NCBI GenBank assembly: GCA_017654855.1
Contig: CM030337.1
Coordinates: 2,480,001 to 2,544,000, forward strand
DNA from: Podospora anserina
Lineage: Eukaryota
DNA: 64,000 nucleotides
Direction: 5' to 3'
The notes beneath the pieces were generated by a model. It searched no databases and was not told the DNA's origin. It worked only from the letters and a program-made list of their open reading frames with translations. The position numbers were made by a program, and so were the translations under genes. Shown here one piece after another: positions 58,391-64,000 of this stretch (its first letter is position 1; each line of letters opens with the position of its first letter).

Positions 58391-59744
58391 CTAGCCAAGT
58401 CCCCCACGTCCTCCCTGATCACCCACAACCTCACGCGTCACAGTCACAGTCTTCAGTATCCCACCATTCCCGCCATGCTCCCGGATCAAGTCTTGACTGC
58501 TCTCTGTCCCCACAAATTCGGCTCTCACAGGCACTGCCGCCACGCCATGCACGGCTGGCCAAGTCTTCCATTGACCCAGTCTGATGTCAGGTTTTGTTCT
58601 CTGCTTGAACCAAAAGCCAGATCTCAATGTCGCGTAGAGTCTTGTTTCTGTAAAGATGCGAGTCCAAAACGTGTACAAAGCCGGTGCAGAGGCGACAATC
58701 ACAGTGCCGAATATTTCCACATATCTATCCATCACGTCAGCTGGGTAGGTAGACATCACCAATTAAAAAGAAGGCCTTCGACATACGCAGTAACAGCCAC
58801 CTCAGCCCCATCCCAAGAAGGGTCCTCAGTCCCATTCACCACAATGGATATCCGATACGCCAGACTGACTGTGCTTGTGGCAATAATCCTGCCATCAAAT
58901 ATCTCATCAGCACATAGGTAACGTTCCCAATTTCCCCCAAGGACGACACTCACAGAATCGCAAACCCAAACAACACCACCAACCCCCTCTTCTTATCCCT
59001 CCCAAGCCTCAACCCCCTGATAACCGGAAACGGCATCCCAAACAACATCACATCCGCCACCACAGTGAACACCCCTCCCGCTAGTATCAACGGCCCTGTC
59101 TCATCACACACAGGCAGCTTCGAGTTCTTGGGTACGCAACCAGCGACGTACCAGAGCCCAATCATACCGTATATAACCACCGACAGGCTCAAAAGCGAGT
59201 AACACATCCACCTCACCCAGCGCACAGTCCCAAAAAGCCGGAGATAAAACGTCAGGATGAGGGCCTTGGTGTTGAAAAAGGAGATGATACCCAAAACAGT
59301 GTGCGCAGCCCAGACTTGGTAGACTTGAGGGTTGATGCTGGTAAGTGGGATGTCCCAGGCGTGACGGGCTACGCCTAGCTGGGCGACTTTGAGAGTTAGC
59401 TTTGAAGGCCCGGATGGTGAAAGAGTGAAGGTGGGGAGCGCTTACGGCGGTACATCATTGCCCATTGGGCAATCCCAAAGGATAGGGTGAGGAGACAGAC
59501 GTCTTTTGATAGTGTCAGCTCTTGATCTGCCAGGTAGGTCATAGGGATGCCTACAATCGTCAATATGCAGTTTTGAAACTGCCCGCCCGGTTGCAATCCG
59601 GACCATCGCGATGGCGACAGTGATGGGCATCAACGCCGCGCCTGTTCCCAGTATAACCGGTTCCAAGTTCTCGACTTGACCCGATGGTGAAGGCGGTCGG
59701 TTTCCGTTGAGATTGCCGGTGGTGGCATGCTGCAGGGTAGTCAT
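58391..59744 (-). CDS. PTH11-like (fungal rhodopsin domain) 7-TM integral membrane protein without CFEM; introns 59554-59503, 59445-59387, 58953-58889, 58786-58725
   Basis: LHIDDY, GVARHAWDIP, KALILTFYLRLF, DVMLFGMPFPVIRGL...KK, VEIFGTVIVASAPAL; all four introns restore the frame. Confidence 0.88.
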
Positions 59745-60543
59745 GTTCCAAGACTGGTGGTTTATTCCATTCTCGAAAGGTAGTTCAGACGGTGCATCAG
59801 AGTTGGAGATAGGCAGAGACTGTATTTTGGTTTCGTATTCTAAGAACAAACAAAGAGCTCGTAAATAATGGTCATCGGGTTTGCTGTAGACTAATTCCCA
59901 GAGTCGCATCAATCAGACACTGGCTGATGGCTATGGCGGAAGAGGATCGAGCCGCTTACATGCTTGGCCTACCTATCTTGAGCCTATCAGTGAGAACAAA
60001 TCTTGTCAGTGCCTCACCTGAACATAGATTGAAGGGACCATAGATTGCGGCGCGCCCGAGACATACGGTGTCTTCCCCGAAATGTCCGACTGGTTTGCTG
60101 GGCAAAGGAAGCCTGGGTGACCTTCCTAAACCATCAACTCTTGTAACGAGGTGTGAGGGAGGAATGCGAACGATGAGAGATGCTCCATAGAAGCCGAGCG
60201 TTTTGGGCAATATTTGAATTACATAAATCCACTTCGTGTCTGTCGCAGGCAAGGCAGAATCCACTGATATCCCAATCGTGTCGTTTTCTCGTCACACTGA
60301 CCTCTCCGCCTCCCACCCGCGGCTTGCCATTTAACGGTTTACTTTCCAGCTGCTGCATGGCCGGTCAGTCCAGGTGTCTACGTTCAACCGTAGGCACCTT
60401 GGTGGCGGAAAAGCATACAGCTACGGCAAGAGTTCAAGTCCACTTTGCGCAACAACGTTGCGTCCCGAGCAAAAATCTCCGCCTTCAGCCACTCCTAGAA
60501 GGAGCTCTGGCGAGGAAACTCTATTGAGCCCCCCCGCGTCGGC

Positions 60544-62129
60544 TCATGGTATCGGCACCACCCCAACCTCAGTCCAAATCAAACCCTCAAAAGCTACTTC
60601 AACAACAATGCCATTACGCTGAAAATAACACCGCACTTCGCCACGCTCCAGCGGGACCTCCTTCCCTTCCCAGTCCATGTTTGTGACTGCCAGGGTGGAA
60701 CATGCAATGTCCGAATCTTCATCAACCTCCTGGAAAACCGCAGGGAATTCTTCCCTCCAAGAGGATGAGTTCTCGCTGAACCAAACGGCAAATTTGCCAG
60801 TGTAACTCTTGATGACAAGGTAGATGTCCACGAGGCTGTCGTTGTCGTTGGAACCTCGGGGGACGGCAAAGGCGGCCATCGGAGTCTGGGGCGGGAATGT
60901 GTAGAGCTCGGGGAATGCTAAAAGTTTGGTTAGTCGACACATTGATGGGCCGTCTTGAGCGATAACCTACTTTCAGGAACCCGTTCGAGCTGCACGGCGT
61001 CGGGCGTGCCTGGCTCAAAGGCAGGGTAATGGATGGCCAAGCCCTGATTGGGCTTCTGGTAGACTACACCATAGGCTTTGGATTCCTTGATCTCGGTGAA
61101 GTTGGAACTGGTGGGTACTATGCATAGCGACGAGCCCTCGTAGGCGGTGATGTTGAGATTCTGGACATACCAGTCCTCGGTGGGGACAAGACCATCCCCC
61201 AGCATGTGATCAACTTGAATGATATCGCCCGTCTCATGTTGAGCCACGACATAGGGCCAGTATGCCGCAAGTTTAGCCGCGTTACCCATGGCTAGGTCCG
61301 CGAAACCACGACTGTACCCTCCCGAAACGTTGTCGATCAGAATGTTTGGTTGTCTGGCTTGATTGAACATGGTGCCGAAGACCTTTCTGTCCGCCTCGTA
61401 AAACAATGCAGTTTGCGGCTAACGGACATCTGGTGAGCTCGGGAATTATTGTAGTGACAAAAGAGATTGACATACATTGTAATCTGTGCCATGAAGAGCA
61501 ATGGTGGCTGCTAGTGAGGTGCCGTTGGTTGCTTTTAGGTCAAGCACTGGCAGCACTTCCCATGTGGAGGTAGAATTGCCCTTGCCGGTGATACTTCGCG
61601 AGCGTCTGATCTGACCTTGAGGGTCGAGATAAAAGAGATACCTCTCAACATAACCATTTGCTTTGCGCCAGCCCGCTGCTGAGAGCTTTGAGCCTTGGCG
61701 GATGGTTTCTGGTCCCGACGTGCCATTTATGGCGGCGTTGCCATCATTGTTGCGGGCTTTCAGTGATAACACAACACCTAGAGTAACGCCGACAACAATG
61801 GCAACTACTGCACAAGCAGTACCGCCAATAATCCACCATTTTCGCCTTTGGTAGGATTTGCTGACAGGAGGAAGCGTGCCCTTTTCTGTTGAAGCTGGGC
61901 TACCAACCTCTATTTCCCCGTTGCCGTCGACTACCTGGGGATAATCTTCGCCGAGAACGATCTTTTGATCTTGATATTGAGCCGGTGACAGATAGAACTT
62001 TGGCTCTTCCTCGGGTCGAACTTCGGGGAGGTTATCGTGCGGCACGACCTCGAGGCCTGGCTGGTCGTCGAGGGGCTGTGGAGAAGGCAGCTGCACCGAA
62101 GGCTGCATGGAAGGTGACGAGTGGGCCAT
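60544..62129 (-). CDS. Type II membrane protein with fucose-specific-lectin-like beta-propeller ectodomain; introns 61475-61419, 60970-60918
   Basis: PGLEVV N-terminal motif; RRKWWIIGGTACAVVAIVVGVTLGVVL anchor; GSKLSAAGW...YLFY, GTSLAA and GSSLC propeller-blade motifs. Confidence 0.75.
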
Positions 62130-63379
62130 GTGCTTCTCTCACAAATGCTGGTGCTACCCCGGCTCAGGCGGCATGTGGTTTTCGGTTGTCGTCGTTGGCC
62201 CTCCGGTGTCAGTTACAAAGAGAAAAGAAAGCAAGGCGAAAGTCCGACGGGATTTCGAGGGTCACGCTGGCCGGCTTTACGTGCGAATGGGAGGAGACGC
62301 GGTGGAAACAGTTGGGCTCGCCAAGCACCTCGAATTTCCACCCCGAACACACCGCTTGTGTACCGGAACATTTCCCTAGATTCCGCTCTAGGAAAGGGAT
62401 CCTCTCGCGTGCTCTCGTTAACAGAGATGCTCCAATCACCTTGGTCTGTGCGTATCAACCTCAAGGGTTATGTTCTGTTCTGGTTAGACAGCTTGACAGG
62501 CCAACGCTAAACGAGGCAGGTCCACTTGGTGTTCGCTCACCCTTGTCATGATCTTCCTCACCGTGGTCAACGACCTTGATGATTGATAGGTATGGAATAG
62601 AGAAATGCTGGGTCGAGGCTGGCCATATCGAGGGCTGGTGAGACTGCGGGATCAGATCCGTCTGATCAAATTCAGCTATTAAATTCTCTGTCTCACGTTA
62701 CGGATCACGTACCTGCTTCAGGCTTTGCCTATGTTGATAGACGTAACGGCAACCTGGAAGCCATGATGATTTGTGTGTTTGGGAGTAATTTAGCATCCTG
62801 AGTTCAAAGCCCAATGAGAATCTTTCATATCAGTTTTCTTGTGCGGTGCCCGGAATTCGAGCTTCGGAGCCTTGGAAGATGAGATGGTGGTGAAAATGCA
62901 CCTAATAATGTCAGTGTCAAATTAAGGTCACAATTGGACAGGAAGGGAACGGACCTGTGGTGTTCTCTGATGTATGTAGACATTCTGGAGCTCTTTCGAT
63001 TGTTCGGTTTTATAAGCGCGCCCTCTCACGTCCGAGGTCATCCATACCTACTCTGATATGTGTGCCCGGTTGTTGCGTTGAGGGGATCACCCCCAACCTT
63101 TCCAGGTTGACCCCAAAAGTTGGACCCCACTACCCACAGGGCTGTGTGCCAAGCCACTCCCGCTCCCTAGCGCTAATTAAACGCGATTCCAGCGGCTCCA
63201 CTCAGAAGTCAATTCCAACGGCACAGCGCTGGTCAGCACTGCAAAACCGTCTGTGACCTCATATTCCCATTCTCAACATGGCTAACGCCAACACGCACCA
63301 ATTTTCTCGTCCCGACAACACCAAACACACCCCACGGCAATTCTGTGCAGGGTGAAACACTCCCTCAAACAGCGATGAA

Positions 63380-64000
63380 ATGAAACCACGAGCCCCTTCT
63401 CTCCCCTCCTCGCGATTACTACGCATCCTCCTCTCCCGCTCAGCCCTCAAGAAGGTCCTCCTCGCCTTCTTCCTCTGGACACTCCTCGAGTCCCATATCA
63501 TTTACTACCGCCTCATCCGCACCGAGCGAGAAGCCCGAGCCCATCACTCCCTACAAACCCGCCGAGTCTTCATTGCCAGTTTGCATTGGAACAACGAGAA
63601 AATCCTCCGCTCTAGCTGGAACGCCGCCGTTCTCGACCTGGTTAACACCCTCGGACCAAACAATGTCTTTGTCAGTGTATACGAAAGTGGAAGTTGGGAT
63701 GACTCGAAGGGGGCGCTAAGGGAGCTGGATGAACAACTTGAGAAGACGGGAGTAGGGCGGAAGATTGTGCTGGATAAGGAGACGCACAAAGACCTCCTAC
63801 ACAGCACCCCGGGGCAGGAAGGGGGTTGGATTGCGGTGGGCAAAGAGAAGCAGTTGATGCCGAGGAGGATACCGTACCTCTCGAAACTGCGCAACAAGTC
63901 TTTGGAACCGCTGATCGAATTGGCTGAGAATGGGACGAGCTTCGACCATGTGCTGTTTCTCGGAGATGTAGTCTTCAACACGCAAGATATCATGATGCTG
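63380..64000 (+). CDS. Glycosyltransferase family 69 (CAP59/CMT1-like alpha-1,3-mannosyltransferase), 3'-partial
   Basis: Hand translation: RVFIASLHWNNEKIL, NVFVSVYESGSWDDSKGAL, RRIPYLSKLRNKSLEPL, VLFLGDVVF. Open to the window end, so absent from the ORF track. Confidence 0.9.
   Translation, partial: MKPRAPSLPSSRLLRILLSRSALKKVLLAFFLWTLLESHIIYYRLIRTEREARAHHSLQTRRVFIASLHWNNEKILRSSWNAAVLDLVNTLGPNNVFVSVYESGSWDDSKGALRELDEQLEKTGVGRKIVLDKETHKDLLHSTPGQEGGWIAVGKEKQLMPRRIPYLSKLRNKSLEPLIELAENGTSFDHVLFLGDVVFNTQDIMML

Noticed and set aside
1-64000. CRISPR arrays, Spok/het/NLR genes, transposase or Starship captain, PKS/NRPS cluster
   Set aside because: No repeat-spacer array, NACHT/HET motif, DDE/RT/tyrosine-recombinase ORF or backbone synthase recognised.

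Overview
Eukaryotic, intron-containing, gene-dense DNA from a filamentous ascomycete. The GT..CTRAC..YAG/AAG introns, gene content and strong intragenic C-rich to G-rich polarity suggest Sordariales, possibly Podospora-like; this is inferred, not looked up. The central ~6-48 kb is a core-gene block: CoA-binding protein, myosin light chain, M3 oligopeptidase, intron-containing tRNA-Ile(AAT), Mtr-type amino acid permease, Bir1/survivin, P450, ACC-synthase-like aminotransferase, DDB1, Rieske Fe-S protein, RING-H2, secreted Kex2-site protein, R3H protein, PAN-domain membrane protein, PQ-loop transporter, TCAB1/Swt21-like WD40 and a Zip2/SHOC1-like gene. Both flanks look accessory. The left end has a RIP-like TpA-rich zone with an intact 217-bp solo LTR (5-bp TSD), microsatellites, and a PemK/MazF-fold-like gene interrupted by an in-frame TAG and a frame discontinuity. 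The right end (48.8-62 kb) has pseudogenes, a Zn2Cys6-ankyrin fusion, a PTH11-like receptor and a membrane-anchored fucose-lectin-like protein, followed by a partial GT69 gene. The best leads are cryptic recoding or targeting signals: a candidate A-to-I-restorable UAG in the PemK-like gene, a CUG-initiated hydrophobic N-terminal extension of the M3 peptidase, tandem Aurora consensus sites in Bir1, and a possibly multi-targeted CoA-binding protein. All intron coordinates were read by hand and all family calls rest on motif recognition without database searches.
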